The notes under the pieces were generated by a model. The model was not told the DNA's origin. It saw only the letters and a program-made list of their open reading frames with translations, and did no database searches. The position numbers and the translations under genes are program-made. Positions 1 to 9,284 of a DNA stretch of 64,000 nt are shown here, piece after piece (the first letter of the stretch is position 1; every line of letters starts with the position of its first letter). This stretch comes from an uncultured Candidatus Actinomarina sp. (GTDB taxonomy: Bacteria; Actinomycetota; Acidimicrobiia; Actinomarinales; Actinomarinaceae): NCBI GenBank assembly GCA_902634185.1, contig CACPJC010000002.1, positions 1 to 64,000 of the forward strand, given 5' to 3'.

Positions 1-1
1 C

Positions 2-241
2 AGTACTTCAATCGACCAATCTATGAGTACAAATCAAGAGGTTCAGTTTGTGACAAAATTGCAAGAAACAGAAATTTTAGAAGGAACTGATGTTGCTACA
101 AATTCTGTAACGACAGTTCAAGAAGTGCTGGGAGATATGATGGGTGATGCTCCTGCATGTAATGAGTGTGGTCATATAACAATAAGAAATGGATCTTGTT
201 ATAAATGTTTAAATTGTGGTAACTCATTAGGATGTAGTTAA
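2..241 (+). CDS. nrdJ: Class II (B12-dependent) ribonucleotide reductase, C-terminal fragment (gene starts before window)
   Basis: Frame is open from base 2; C-terminal zinc ribbon DAPACNECG...RNGSCYKCLNCGNSLGCS is typical of actinobacterial NrdJ. Confidence 0.8.
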   Translation, partial: STSIDQSMSTNQEVQFVTKLQETEILEGTDVATNSVTTVQEVLGDMMGDAPACNECGHITIRNGSCYKCLNCGNSLGCS

Positions 242-242
242 T

Positions 243-965
243 TTATTTAAATATTTTAAATAAACTTTTGAAACCTAGGCCAAGAACTAAAATCAAAGCT
301 TCGTAAATGATTTTTCTTTCAAGCTTTGATTTTCCTTTTCTTCTTTCATAAAAAGTTATAGGTATTTCATTTACTGATAAGTTTTTATATAAAATTCTTG
401 CCAAAATCTCGATTTGAAAAGCGTATCCATTACTTCTTGAGGACTCGTAATCTATATCAACAAGGGCTTTACAATTAATAATCCTAAAGCCACTTGTCAT
501 ATCATTGATGGGTGATCTACTCATAAATTTTGCAAATTTATTGGCAAATGTTGATAATAAAAGTCGACTTTTTTCCCAACCAATAGTTTGTCCACCATCA
601 ATATACCTACTCCCAATAAGAGCACTTACATTAGAATAATTGTTTATCATGTTGAGTAAATCATCAAAAGAATGGGAAAAATCTGCATCCATTTCAATAA
701 TATTTTCAAAGTTGTTATTAATCGCCCACTCGAAACCTGTTCTATAAGCTGACCCTAATCCAAGTTTTTCTGGTCTTTCAATTAAGAAAATTTTGCTTTC
801 CGTATCCATATATTCTTTTATTAAATGCGCAGTTCCATCTGGTGAGTTATCGTCAATAAAAAGAACGGGTAAGTCAGCTTTTAAAATGCTTTGAATAAAC
901 TCTTTTATATTTTCTTTTTCGTTGTATGTTGGTGTTATAACTAAGAATTTTTTTTCATTAATCAT
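243..965 (-). CDS. Polyprenol-phosphate mannosyltransferase-like GT2 (Ppm1/DPM1 family)
   Basis: PTYNEKENI, IDDNSPDGT, KLGLGSAY, EMDADFSH, DMTSGFR, GYAFQIE motifs. Confidence 0.9.
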   Translation of the reverse strand: MINEKKFLVITPTYNEKENIKEFIQSILKADLPVLFIDDNSPDGTAHLIKEYMDTESKIFLIERPEKLGLGSAYRTGFEWAINNNFENIIEMDADFSHSFDDLLNMINNYSNVSALIGSRYIDGGQTIGWEKSRLLLSTFANKFAKFMSRSPINDMTSGFRIINCKALVDIDYESSRSNGYAFQIEILARILYKNLSVNEIPITFYERRKGKSKLERKIIYEALILVLGLGFKSLFKIFK

Positions 966-2487
966 TTATAACCAGTATCGTCTTTGTAAATAAATAACAA
1001 AATAAAAGTATCAACAAATTTATTGTCAAAAGATAACCTAAATTTGTTTCGTAATAAATATTTGCGTAAGAGGATAAAGTTGAAATCTTTTCTACAGGCA
1101 AAAATTCAAAATTTTTAAAATATACCTCAATATCATTAAATTTAATAAAATGAAATAAATTTACAGTAGCAATATTTCTAGAAAGGATTGATAAGATATT
1201 TTCTAGATTAGTAAGGTTTTGAAACAAATAAAGAAAGTAATCTTCACCAGAATATCCAACTACATTACCCCATAAAGTCTTACCTTTTCTTAAAGTTAAA
1301 ACTTCAGAGGAATATAAATATAAATAACCTAAATAAGTTGAAAATAAAAATGGAGTAAGATAATACTTCGAACTTATAAAATTATTTGCTAATTCTGATG
1401 TTCTAATAGTAAGAAATGGAATTAGGCCTATCAATAATCTCTGACCAAATGAAACATCTCTGCCCTGCCATGCAATTACAACTACTAGTGCCCCAATAAT
1501 ATATAAAAAAAGAAAAGATTTTGATAAAACGTTCAAATTACTTAGAAAATTTGTTCTAAAAAATAAAGCAATCAAGCCAAAAAAAATAATTGGGCATACC
1601 CAAACAATTCCCATAGAAAGTGAGAAAAATAAATTTGGTAATTTTGAAAAATTACTCAAAATAAATTCAAAATTAATTTCGTTAGAAAAATTTTGCTGAT
1701 CAAGAACATTGGAATAATTAAAGAAGAAGTTTGAAGATTTGTAAAGTTTCATTGATATCAGATAATGAAAGTATGAAAACAATAAAAGGAAAAAAGAATA
1801 AAACTTAATATTTTTTTTATCAAATTTGAATTTAAACAGATAAATTCCCAATAAGCATAGTGAATAAATGAAAGTTGATGGACGAGTAATTGATAAGAAA
1901 AAATAAGATATAAATAAATAAATTATATTTATTTGATCATATGGATATTTTTTTGTCTCAAAAATATAAATTAAAATAGTACACAAAAGAAACTCTGCAG
2001 CATGTGCCATCATAAAACGAGTAGTAACGTAATGAACGAGGGTTCCTACAAAAGATATAAGTAAAACTAAATCTGAATTATTTTTAAATCCTTTTTTTTG
2101 AATTATTTTTCTCAACAGATAAAAAGAAATAAGTATAAATACAAGATTGGAGGCAAAGTAACCGGCATAAGCATATGATCCCGTAGGATTTATTCGATCT
2201 ACACCGCCAGTATCAAAAAAACTAAACAAAATAACAATTGGTAATGATAAAATTGAAGATCCTGGAGGGTGGTTTGGTGCATTTGTTAAATTATTGAATA
2301 CATTCTCTTGCATTGGATAATCGTCAATATAGTCTAAGTCAAAATCATTTATCAGACTTGATACGTGAAGCCAATATGATAAATCATCATTTCCAAAATT
2401 TCCAAGGCTTTGATTGTTAAATAACCATAATGGCTTGAAAAGTAAAAATAGTAGCAGGAAATAAAAGACTGACTTTTTTGTTCTCAC
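958..2487 (-). CDS. Polytopic membrane protein, putative GT-C glycosyltransferase
   Basis: 509 aa with many TM segments; DDxSY acidic motif after TM1, HPPG, late FGQR; overlaps the GT2 start. Confidence 0.6.
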   Translation of the reverse strand: MRTKKSVFYFLLLFLLFKPLWLFNNQSLGNFGNDDLSYWLHVSSLINDFDLDYIDDYPMQENVFNNLTNAPNHPPGSSILSLPIVILFSFFDTGGVDRINPTGSYAYAGYFASNLVFILISFYLLRKIIQKKGFKNNSDLVLLISFVGTLVHYVTTRFMMAHAAEFLLCTILIYIFETKKYPYDQINIIYLFISYFFLSITRPSTFIYSLCLLGIYLFKFKFDKKNIKFYSFFLLLFSYFHYLISMKLYKSSNFFFNYSNVLDQQNFSNEINFEFILSNFSKLPNLFFSLSMGIVWVCPIIFFGLIALFFRTNFLSNLNVLSKSFLFLYIIGALVVVIAWQGRDVSFGQRLLIGLIPFLTIRTSELANNFISSKYYLTPFLFSTYLGYLYLYSSEVLTLRKGKTLWGNVVGYSGEDYFLYLFQNLTNLENILSILSRNIATVNLFHFIKFNDIEVYFKNFEFLPVEKISTLSSYANIYYETNLGYLLTINLLILLFCYLFTKTILVIND

Positions 2488-2574
2488 AATATCACTTTAA
2501 TAGTTTTTAACTTTCAAAGTTAGATGATTTATTGAGGATGATAAATTTCATTTAAATAATTAGAATTATACCAA

Positions 2575-3264
2575 ATGAAGATTTCAGTATTAATACCAGT
2601 TTTTAATGAAGAAAATACAGTCATACAGATACTTGAAAAAGTAAATAAACAGAATAATCTAAATTTCTCTCTTGAAATAATAGTTATTGATGATGGATCT
2701 ACTGATAGATCACGAGATTTATTATCAAATAGAAATGATTTATACACTCACTTTATAGAGCTGGGTAAAAATTTAGGTAAAGGTGGAGCAATTAAGGAAG
2801 GATTGAAGATTGCAACAGGAAATTATATTCTTTTTCAAGATGCAGATTTGGAGTATGAACCAAATGATTATTCTAAGATTTTCTATGCTATTGAGCATTT
2901 TGACGCTGAAGTAGTAATTGGTAGCAGGAACTTATCCCCACAATATGTAAGAGTTTACAATTTCTTTCACAAATTAGGCAATAGTGTAATCACTGGAATT
3001 TTTAATCTTTTAAACAACACAACCTTCACGGATATTTATTCATGTTATTTATGTATAAAAAAAGAAAATATAGAAATAGAAAAAATCAAATCAAATGGAT
3101 GGGAACAACATGCTGAAATTCTGTCTCTAGCAATTCAAAATTCTACAATTCATTATGAAGTGCCTATTTCATATTCTGGAAGAACTTTTGAAGAAGGTAA
3201 GAAGATTAGAGGGAGGCATGTTTTTAAAGTAATTTATATGATATTTAAAAAGAGACTATTTTAG
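2575..3264 (+). CDS. GT2 glycosyltransferase, polyprenyl-phosphate sugar synthase-like
   Basis: IPVFNEE, IDDGSTD, NLGKGGA, QDADLEY, EVPISY...RTFEEGKKI. Confidence 0.9.
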   Translation: MKISVLIPVFNEENTVIQILEKVNKQNNLNFSLEIIVIDDGSTDRSRDLLSNRNDLYTHFIELGKNLGKGGAIKEGLKIATGNYILFQDADLEYEPNDYSKIFYAIEHFDAEVVIGSRNLSPQYVRVYNFFHKLGNSVITGIFNLLNNTTFTDIYSCYLCIKKENIEIEKIKSNGWEQHAEILSLAIQNSTIHYEVPISYSGRTFEEGKKIRGRHVFKVIYMIFKKRLF

Positions 3265-3265
3265 A

Positions 3266-3949
3266 TTAACTTTTTCTAGCCACTACAAGAATATTTTTTC
3301 CTATTATATTTTGAAAAATTATATCAAGATATTTTAAGAATTTAAAAAAGAACCTATCATAAAAAATAATTAGCTTTCTATTAAATTTTGGTGTTACATT
3401 AAAAATTTTAAAAATTATTAATGTAAACCATCCTATGAAATCTACATATCTAGAGTCCAGTACCTCAAAATTTGCTGATTTAAGTTTTGAATGTAAATCT
3501 TTTTTTGAATATCTTCTAAAGTGATTTACATCATCATCCATTTTTGTCCAAACCATTTGTGAAGCTGGTAAATAAAGAATAAGAATACCTTTATCAATAA
3601 GTAATGATCGCATTTCGTTTATCGTACTTACATCATCCTCAATATGTTCTAATACATTTGAAGATGTAATTGACTCATACTTTTTATCAATTTGATTTAG
3701 TTCAGAATATGTATTTATACCTCTTTTCTTTGACTCGATAACTGCTGTCTTATTAATTTCAAATCCATCAATTTCATAGCCACTTTGTGCCATATACTCG
3801 CAAAAAAGTCCAAACCCTGAACCAAAGTCTAAAATGTCTTTTCCCGAAATTCTTTTAGATATAAGATCAAATGTATATCCGTTGTAATGCTCCAGTTCAG
3901 CAATTGTCTCTAAAGCTGAAATATCTTTATCATTTGGACTACATGTCAT
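3266..3949 (-). CDS. Class I SAM-dependent methyltransferase
   Basis: ILDFGSGFG, NVLEHIEDD, HFRRY motifs. Confidence 0.85.
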   Translation of the reverse strand: MTCSPNDKDISALETIAELEHYNGYTFDLISKRISGKDILDFGSGFGLFCEYMAQSGYEIDGFEINKTAVIESKKRGINTYSELNQIDKKYESITSSNVLEHIEDDVSTINEMRSLLIDKGILILYLPASQMVWTKMDDDVNHFRRYSKKDLHSKLKSANFEVLDSRYVDFIGWFTLIIFKIFNVTPKFNRKLIIFYDRFFFKFLKYLDIIFQNIIGKNILVVARKS

Positions 3950-3956
3950 TAATTAA

Positions 3957-6500
3957 CTACCTTAATTTAATAAACTTACTATTTGGGAAATTTTTTTGAT
4001 TGTTTAGTTTAATAGAGTTATAAAAATTCCATGCTAAAACAAGAACATAATCATAACTTTCTTTATCAACCCGATTAATATTTTTAATTTGAATGCCTGT
4101 GCCAGGAATAAATTTTTCCTGCTTAAGTTTATTATCGTCAATTGTAAAATCTAAATAATCAGAATTTATTCCAAAATAATTTAATACAGTTGTTGCTTTT
4201 GCTGGTGCTCCGTATCCAATAATTTTTTTATTATTTAAATTTATTTCCTTAATTTTTTTTAAAGAGCTTAGTTTTATTTTTTCCACATCATTCGCAAACT
4301 TATAATAAGTTTCAATCTTATCCAGTTTATTTTTCTTTTCTAATTCAATATATTCTCTCAAACTTTTGTGAGCTCTTTTATTTTTATTCATTGTTGCATA
4401 AACTCTTAATGATCCACCATGAGTATCAACTTCTTCAACTTTATAAACCTTCATCTCAGAATCTTTGAAAAAATGAAGTATAGATAGTAAACACCAATAG
4501 TTAACATGCTCGTGATAAATATTATCAAATGTTAAGTCTTTAATTGTTCTCAGTAAATATTGTATTTCAAAAATAAATTCTCCATCTTTCTTTAAAAGCT
4601 TTTTTACATTATCTAAAATATCTCTAAGTCCATCACTGTGAGCAAAAACGTTAAAAGCTGTAACAACATCTGCTTTACCGTGCTGTTTTGTTATCTTATT
4701 TACTGTTTTATCACTGAAATATTCTGTAAATGTTTTAAGTCCATTTGAATTTGCAATTTTTGCAACATTTTTTGCTGGCTCTACTCCAACAGATGTTATA
4801 CCAAGTTCTTGAATTGGTTCTAGGAATATTCCATCGTTACTTCCTATATCTACAAGTGTTGAATTTTTATCAAGATTTAAATCTTTCTTTAATTTATGTG
4901 CAAAATCTATGAAGTGACTTCTAAACAATTCGGAAGTAGATGATAAATAAAGATATGTATCAAACATTTTTTCTGGTGGAACTACGACACTTAATTGAGA
5001 ATTAAAACATTGTTTACAAAAGTTTAGATCTAGTGGATACATTTCATCATCTGCTTTTTTCTCATTGTTTAAATTGTTTGCCAAAGGTGAAAGACCTAAT
5101 GATAAATAATGATTTAAACCGCCTCCACATACTCTGCAATCAGTTTTATAGCTTTTAATTAAAAGGTCTCCTAGTTTTGTGTCTACTAATTCATATTTTA
5201 AAGTGTGTGTCATTCCATAGTTTTCATGTTCTCTTTCACCATTGACTAAATTTAAAAAAACTGAATCCTCCAAAAAAACCATTGTATGAGCAACATTGGG
5301 AGGTATTGTTGAAAGATCTCCATCCTTGATTAATCTAGTTTCAACAACAGAACTTGGGTTTAATAAGTCTTTTGTAACACTTATATATTTTCCTTTGATT
5401 AATAAGCATTTCTGAGTTTGTACAGGATGGTAATGGTTGCCTCTTATTGAACCTTTTTTTGACTCTACGTAGCCAATCATATTAATTGAATCATCTACAT
5501 AATAATTTGAAATAATTCCTCTTTCATCTACAAACTCATCAGCGCCGGATTCAATAATTTCATTTGATAATACTTGTGATTGATCGCTCCAAGATTCTAT
5601 CATTTCTCTAAAAGAATCCTCAACATTATATAAGAATTTAAAGCCATTGCTTCTGATTTTTTTGTTAGTTAACGTATATCCTTCGTTTGGGACAGGATCA
5701 TCTGTAATTACCAGGTCAGTCTTCTTATTGATTTTTTTACATAAATCTGCAACATCTTTTACAGATAAATTTTCATTTACACAATTAAATATCTCTTTGT
5801 TAATTTTTTTATTTTCACCAACAAACTCCATACATCGCACAACATCATTTATAGAAACTAAACTTTTAAGCTGTTTTCCACCAGAATATAATGTAATCTT
5901 TCCATTAAATGATGAGATTTTTGCAAATAAATTTGGCATTATATTTAAACGAGTAGAATCAAAAGATTTACCATATAAAGACCCAAGTCTAAGAATTACA
6001 AAATTTTTATTTGATTTGATTAAATCGTTTTCTGATTCAAGTTTGCCTTTTGCATAGTCTAAAACAGGGCTTGGTTCATGTGTTTCATCGATATTATATT
6101 TAACTTTTTTAAGACCTTCAAATATTACATGAGTTGATGGAAAAACTATTTTCGCACTTTCTGACGATAAATTAATTATGTTTCTTGTTCCTTCAACTCC
6201 TACTCCAAAAACTAACTTTTCATGATTAATATTTATATCTTCTTTGACAGTCGCAACGTCTGATATACCTGCAAGATGATAAATGATATCAGCATCACTG
6301 ATCTCCTTATTAAGATTATTTGAATCAAGAATGTCAATTTGTCTATACTTAATACCCCATCTCTTTAATTGTTCAACTCTTGATGAGTGAAATTTATTAT
6401 CAATTACTGTTATATTTTTTGTTCTTGACTGGCCAGAATAAATTTTACATAGCTCCATGCCAATATATCCAAGACCCCCTGTGATAACAATTTTTTTCAT
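3957..6500 (-). CDS. Three-domain fusion: NDP-sugar epimerase/dehydratase + cupin + NDP-hexose C-methyltransferase
   Basis: GGLGYIG and YAKGK (SDR); FVDERG/RGNHYH/AHTM (cupin); CRVCG...CKQC, DIGSNDG, IYHEH, YGAPAK, VLAWNF (C-methyltransferase). Confidence 0.85.
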   Translation of the reverse strand: MKKIVITGGLGYIGMELCKIYSGQSRTKNITVIDNKFHSSRVEQLKRWGIKYRQIDILDSNNLNKEISDADIIYHLAGISDVATVKEDININHEKLVFGVGVEGTRNIINLSSESAKIVFPSTHVIFEGLKKVKYNIDETHEPSPVLDYAKGKLESENDLIKSNKNFVILRLGSLYGKSFDSTRLNIMPNLFAKISSFNGKITLYSGGKQLKSLVSINDVVRCMEFVGENKKINKEIFNCVNENLSVKDVADLCKKINKKTDLVITDDPVPNEGYTLTNKKIRSNGFKFLYNVEDSFREMIESWSDQSQVLSNEIIESGADEFVDERGIISNYYVDDSINMIGYVESKKGSIRGNHYHPVQTQKCLLIKGKYISVTKDLLNPSSVVETRLIKDGDLSTIPPNVAHTMVFLEDSVFLNLVNGEREHENYGMTHTLKYELVDTKLGDLLIKSYKTDCRVCGGGLNHYLSLGLSPLANNLNNEKKADDEMYPLDLNFCKQCFNSQLSVVVPPEKMFDTYLYLSSTSELFRSHFIDFAHKLKKDLNLDKNSTLVDIGSNDGIFLEPIQELGITSVGVEPAKNVAKIANSNGLKTFTEYFSDKTVNKITKQHGKADVVTAFNVFAHSDGLRDILDNVKKLLKKDGEFIFEIQYLLRTIKDLTFDNIYHEHVNYWCLLSILHFFKDSEMKVYKVEEVDTHGGSLRVYATMNKNKRAHKSLREYIELEKKNKLDKIETYYKFANDVEKIKLSSLKKIKEINLNNKKIIGYGAPAKATTVLNYFGINSDYLDFTIDDNKLKQEKFIPGTGIQIKNINRVDKESYDYVLVLAWNFYNSIKLNNQKNFPNSKFIKLR

Positions 6501-6607
6501 ACTTTGTATAGTTTATTAGAGATATAACAAATTAATAGAGAAAAGAAAATACACTTATCCTTAAAGTTGCGAGAGAATTAATTTTCTATCTATTTAAATA
6601 TTTAATA

Positions 6608-6613
6608 TATAAT
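6608..6613 (+). promoter_or_regulatory. Putative -10 box for tRNA-Val
   Basis: TATAAT ending 8 nt before the tRNA 5' end; AT-rich background weakens the call. Confidence 0.4.
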
Positions 6614-6621
6614 TTACCAAA

Positions 6622-6695
6622 GGGCGCTTAGCTCAGTCCGGCAGAGCGCTTCCCTTACAAGGAAGAAGTCACAGGTTCAAATCCTGTAGCGCCCA
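6622..6695 (+). tRNA. tRNA-Val(TAC)
   Basis: Acceptor GGGCGCT/AGCGCCC, anticodon arm CTTCC-CTTACAA-GGAAG, T-loop GGTTCAAATCC; CCA not encoded. Confidence 0.95.
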
Positions 6696-6731
6696 CAAAG
6701 GTTTTTCAGAAATCTACCCTACGAAAATACA

Positions 6732-6753
6732 AAAAACCGCACAAAAACCGCAC
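6732..6753 (+). repeat. Tandem 11-bp doublet AAAAACCGCAC x2 (putative integrase arm-type sites)
   Basis: Read directly; begins 37 bp after the tRNA discriminator base. Confidence 0.8.
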
Positions 6754-6768
6754 ATTTATAGATAGCGC

Positions 6769-7425
6769 TTAAGCTTTTTTAGCTAACTCTCTTCTTGAGA
6801 AATAAATAATAATAGGGGTTCCAACAATAGTTGGGGCAACCCAGTTCAACCAAAGTGTAGCAAACGGATCTAAAGTCACAATAAACGCGGTTGTGGTTGC
6901 AATAGTTCCAGCAAGCATAAGATTTAGATGAAGATTAGTTCTGTCATAGAAATTTGGTCGCTCGACTATCTTCATACGACGAAAATCATTAAAACCTAAA
7001 GCTAGAGCTATAGACCCAAAAAGTATAGAGGTAATCCACATAGAATCTTTGATTAAAAATAAACTTATAGCCATAGAATAAAAAAGAATGCCAGTAGTGG
7101 TAATGAATACACCTAGCACTTTATCTATTTTCTCTCGTGCTCCATTTCTATCTCTTCCCTGACGATATCCCGAAAATGCTAAGTAAAAAGAAAAGATAGC
7201 AATAACAAACAGGAATGGGTTAAACTCACCTAACAAACTTAGTGGAATTGCTGTCACAAAAATAGTTGACATCCCATATACATAAATCATCCCTAATTTT
7301 TTATGTCTTTTATTGCCTTTTTTAATAAACAAAAGAAAATATGCAATACCTAAAGAAATAAACCCTGCAAGGATATGAATATAAAGAAGTGGTAGTTCAA
7401 TGTCTAAATAATCATTATTGACCAT
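6769..7425 (-). CDS. DUF2306-like membrane protein (cassette cargo)
   Basis: About 6 TM helices; HILAG...HKKLGMIYV...HLNLMLAG pattern. Confidence 0.7.
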   Translation of the reverse strand: MVNNDYLDIELPLLYIHILAGFISLGIAYFLLFIKKGNKRHKKLGMIYVYGMSTIFVTAIPLSLLGEFNPFLFVIAIFSFYLAFSGYRQGRDRNGAREKIDKVLGVFITTTGILFYSMAISLFLIKDSMWITSILFGSIALALGFNDFRRMKIVERPNFYDRTNLHLNLMLAGTIATTTAFIVTLDPFATLWLNWVAPTIVGTPIIIYFSRRELAKKA

Positions 7426-7445
7426 AAAGAAAATTCTAGTTATTT

Positions 7446-7467
7446 AACCGCACAAAAACCCCACAAA
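7446..7467 (+). repeat. Internal doublet AACCGCACAAA-AACCCCACAAA
   Basis: Read directly; hybrid of the 6732 and 8487 doublets, followed by TTTTCTAA as at 9297-9304. Confidence 0.8.
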
Positions 7468-7509
7468 TTTTCTAAGATAAATTTATAAATATAAAAATTA
7501 TTATTTGAT

Positions 7510-8031
7510 ATGAAAAAAAATTATTTTCAATACATATTAATTATTCAATTCATATTGATATTTATATGTATTTTTTTTATTTATCAAAATAATTTAAAGA
7601 TTTCATCTCAAAATATAGAAATTAAAAATTTAGAAGAATCAAATAAAAATTTGAACATTTCTCTTGAAGCATATATCACATCTCTTGAAGCAAATATCAC
7701 TTCTCTTGAAAATAATATAGATAATATTCCTTCAGGACCAAGAGGTCCAAAAGGAGATACAGGTCCTACTGGTCCACAAGGTGAACCAGGAAAAGATTCT
7801 GGCTTAAGTTCCAAACAGATACAGGACATAAGTAAAATAAAAACACTTGAATTGCGGGTAGACTCACTTTGGGACAGAATCCACAAGGTAGGATCAATTA
7901 ACTATACTTGGTATCAATATAAAAGTCTTATTCAGTTAAATAAATGTGTTGATATTTTAACTGACTATGTACTTTATCCAAATCTTTTTGGTGGAATCAC
8001 TGGTTTTGTAGAGATGGAATGTAAAGATTAG
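7510..8031 (+). CDS. Membrane-anchored coiled-coil/collagen-like protein (cassette cargo)
   Basis: N-terminal TM, heptad repeat ISLEAY-ITSLEAN-ITSLENN, seven G-X-Y triplets GPRGPKGDTGPTGPQGEPGKD. Confidence 0.75.
   Translation: MKKNYFQYILIIQFILIFICIFFIYQNNLKISSQNIEIKNLEESNKNLNISLEAYITSLEANITSLENNIDNIPSGPRGPKGDTGPTGPQGEPGKDSGLSSKQIQDISKIKTLELRVDSLWDRIHKVGSINYTWYQYKSLIQLNKCVDILTDYVLYPNLFGGITGFVEMECKD
7660..7710 (+). repeat. 21-bp period coding repeat (TCTCTTGAA at 7660, 7681, 7702)
   Basis: Read directly; encodes the heptad repeat. Confidence 0.8.
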
Positions 8032-8087
8032 TAAATATTTAATTGCATATAAGCTTTGTAAAATTGATTAATATTAATTAAGAATTA

Positions 8088-8480
8088 ATGAAAAAAACCT
8101 TAAAGTATTTACTTTTTTTACTGCTAATCGTATCGTGTACAAATTATCAAACTGAGTATAAAGATGATGCAATTAGAGAGCATAAAATTCTTTACGAATT
8201 AGAAAATATAGATTTTGATGAAGAAAAAATAATTGAATATATAAATCTTGAGTGTGAGTTTATTGAAGAAGGTATAGATGACCATATTGCTGATGATTTA
8301 CCAATTTATTACTTTATAGATTTTTATTACATTATTAAAAGAAATACAGTAGCAGATGCTCAAGCGGTTGAAAATTATATGGAAGCGATATTTAATTATT
8401 GTAATTTTTCTAGTGAGTTGGAAGACAATTGGGAGTCCTTAGAAGCTAGAGAAGAATCCTACAAAAAATTTAATTCTTAA
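8088..8480 (+). CDS. Acidic putative lipoprotein (cassette cargo)
   Basis: Signal peptide MKKTLKYLLFLLLIVSC with lipobox Cys. Confidence 0.65.
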   Translation: MKKTLKYLLFLLLIVSCTNYQTEYKDDAIREHKILYELENIDFDEEKIIEYINLECEFIEEGIDDHIADDLPIYYFIDFYYIIKRNTVADAQAVENYMEAIFNYCNFSSELEDNWESLEAREESYKKFNS

Positions 8481-8486
8481 CTACTT

Positions 8487-8508
8487 AACCCCACAAAAAC
8501 CCCACAAA
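8487..8508 (+). repeat. Doublet AACCCCACAAA x2
   Basis: Read directly; starts 7 bp after the cargo stop and ends about 120 bp before the tRNA core. Confidence 0.8.
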
Positions 8509-8514
8509 TTATTC

Positions 8515-8687
8515 AAAACTGTAGATACTCTTTGATAACCTCTGATATCTTTTTGATAGGGCTTAATTTCATTGACTCTATAAATTGATACTCTGTGATA
8601 CAACCTAGTATTTAATGGTTCTTTCCTTACAAGGAAGAAGTCACAGGTTCAAATCCTGTAGCGCCCACAAGGGTTTTTCAGAAATCT
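8515..8687 (+). repeat. att-like repeat copy 1: 110-bp spacer + tRNA-Val 3' half + 20-bp tail
   Basis: Ungapped match to 9303-9475 (11 mismatches in the 110-bp spacer by manual alignment); 8625-8667 is identical to tRNA 6653-6695. Confidence 0.9.
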
Positions 8688-8703
8688 TTACATATATATA
8701 CTC

Positions 8704-8724
8704 AAAAGACACCTAAAAGACACC
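8704..8724 (+). repeat. Doublet AAAAGACACC-T-AAAAGACACC
   Basis: Read directly; begins 37 bp after the tRNA-fragment discriminator (8667). Confidence 0.85.
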
Positions 8725-8762
8725 GCTTCTGTAGAGTTTCATTTGGTAATATACATTTAGTT

Positions 8763-9284
8763 ATGGAATTAGATTTTGAATTTGAGTTAAGCAAAGGAAA
8801 ACAAAACTCACTTGGAGAGACGTTAAAAGTAGTAGAACATATTCAAAACAATATAAAAGAAATTGATAAATTATTCTTATGTTTTTTTTCTAACAATTCT
8901 TTAGTTGCAATGAGAGCTATGAATGCAACAAAAAGAATAATAAAAGGTGATAATCATATTTTTGTTGAAAATAAAAAAAGATTCATAGATGAGTTTTCAG
9001 AGTCTGAACATAATGTAGTCAAACTTGGGCTTATTACAATTTATTATGATTTCATTTCATATTTTGACGATAAAGAATACAAAGTTATTAGTAAAAATGC
9101 AATGAGTTGGGTGGAAAATAGTAAAGACTGGATGATACTTGCTCAAGGTTTAAAACTTCTAGAAAAATTATCCAATTCAGACGAAATATTGAAGTCAAAT
9201 GTTATAAGTATCGCAAGACAGTTAAAGAATGATGAAAGAAAAGCTGTTAGATCTCAGGCACAAAAAATTTTAAAAGACACCTAA
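8763..9284 (+). CDS. HEAT/ARM-repeat-like helical protein (cassette cargo)
   Basis: Predicted all-helical; HEAT-like ends such as NNSLVAMRAMNA and DERKAVRSQAQKIL; stop codon lies inside the right doublet. Confidence 0.55.
   Translation: MELDFEFELSKGKQNSLGETLKVVEHIQNNIKEIDKLFLCFFSNNSLVAMRAMNATKRIIKGDNHIFVENKKRFIDEFSESEHNVVKLGLITIYYDFISYFDDKEYKVISKNAMSWVENSKDWMILAQGLKLLEKLSNSDEILKSNVISIARQLKNDERKAVRSQAQKILKDT

Larger units (their letters stand above)
6653..8667 (+). mobile_element. Integrase-less cassette 1 at tRNA-Val (1972 bp core-to-core)
   Basis: Bounded by direct repeats of the tRNA 3' half (6653-6695 and 8625-8667); AAAAACC(G/C)CAC-type doublets near both ends. Confidence 0.75.

Noticed and set aside
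5647-6057. Shadow ORFs in the ORF track (for example 5647, 7608, 9623, 14053, 24466, 25766, 42144, 52819, 53851, 61424)
   Set aside because: They lie opposite or inside well-supported genes and have no recognisable motifs.
8581-8667. Additional functional tRNA-Val or tRNA-Phe genes at 8625, 9413 and 52658
   Set aside because: No 5' acceptor strand or D-arm; similarity begins only at the anticodon arm.
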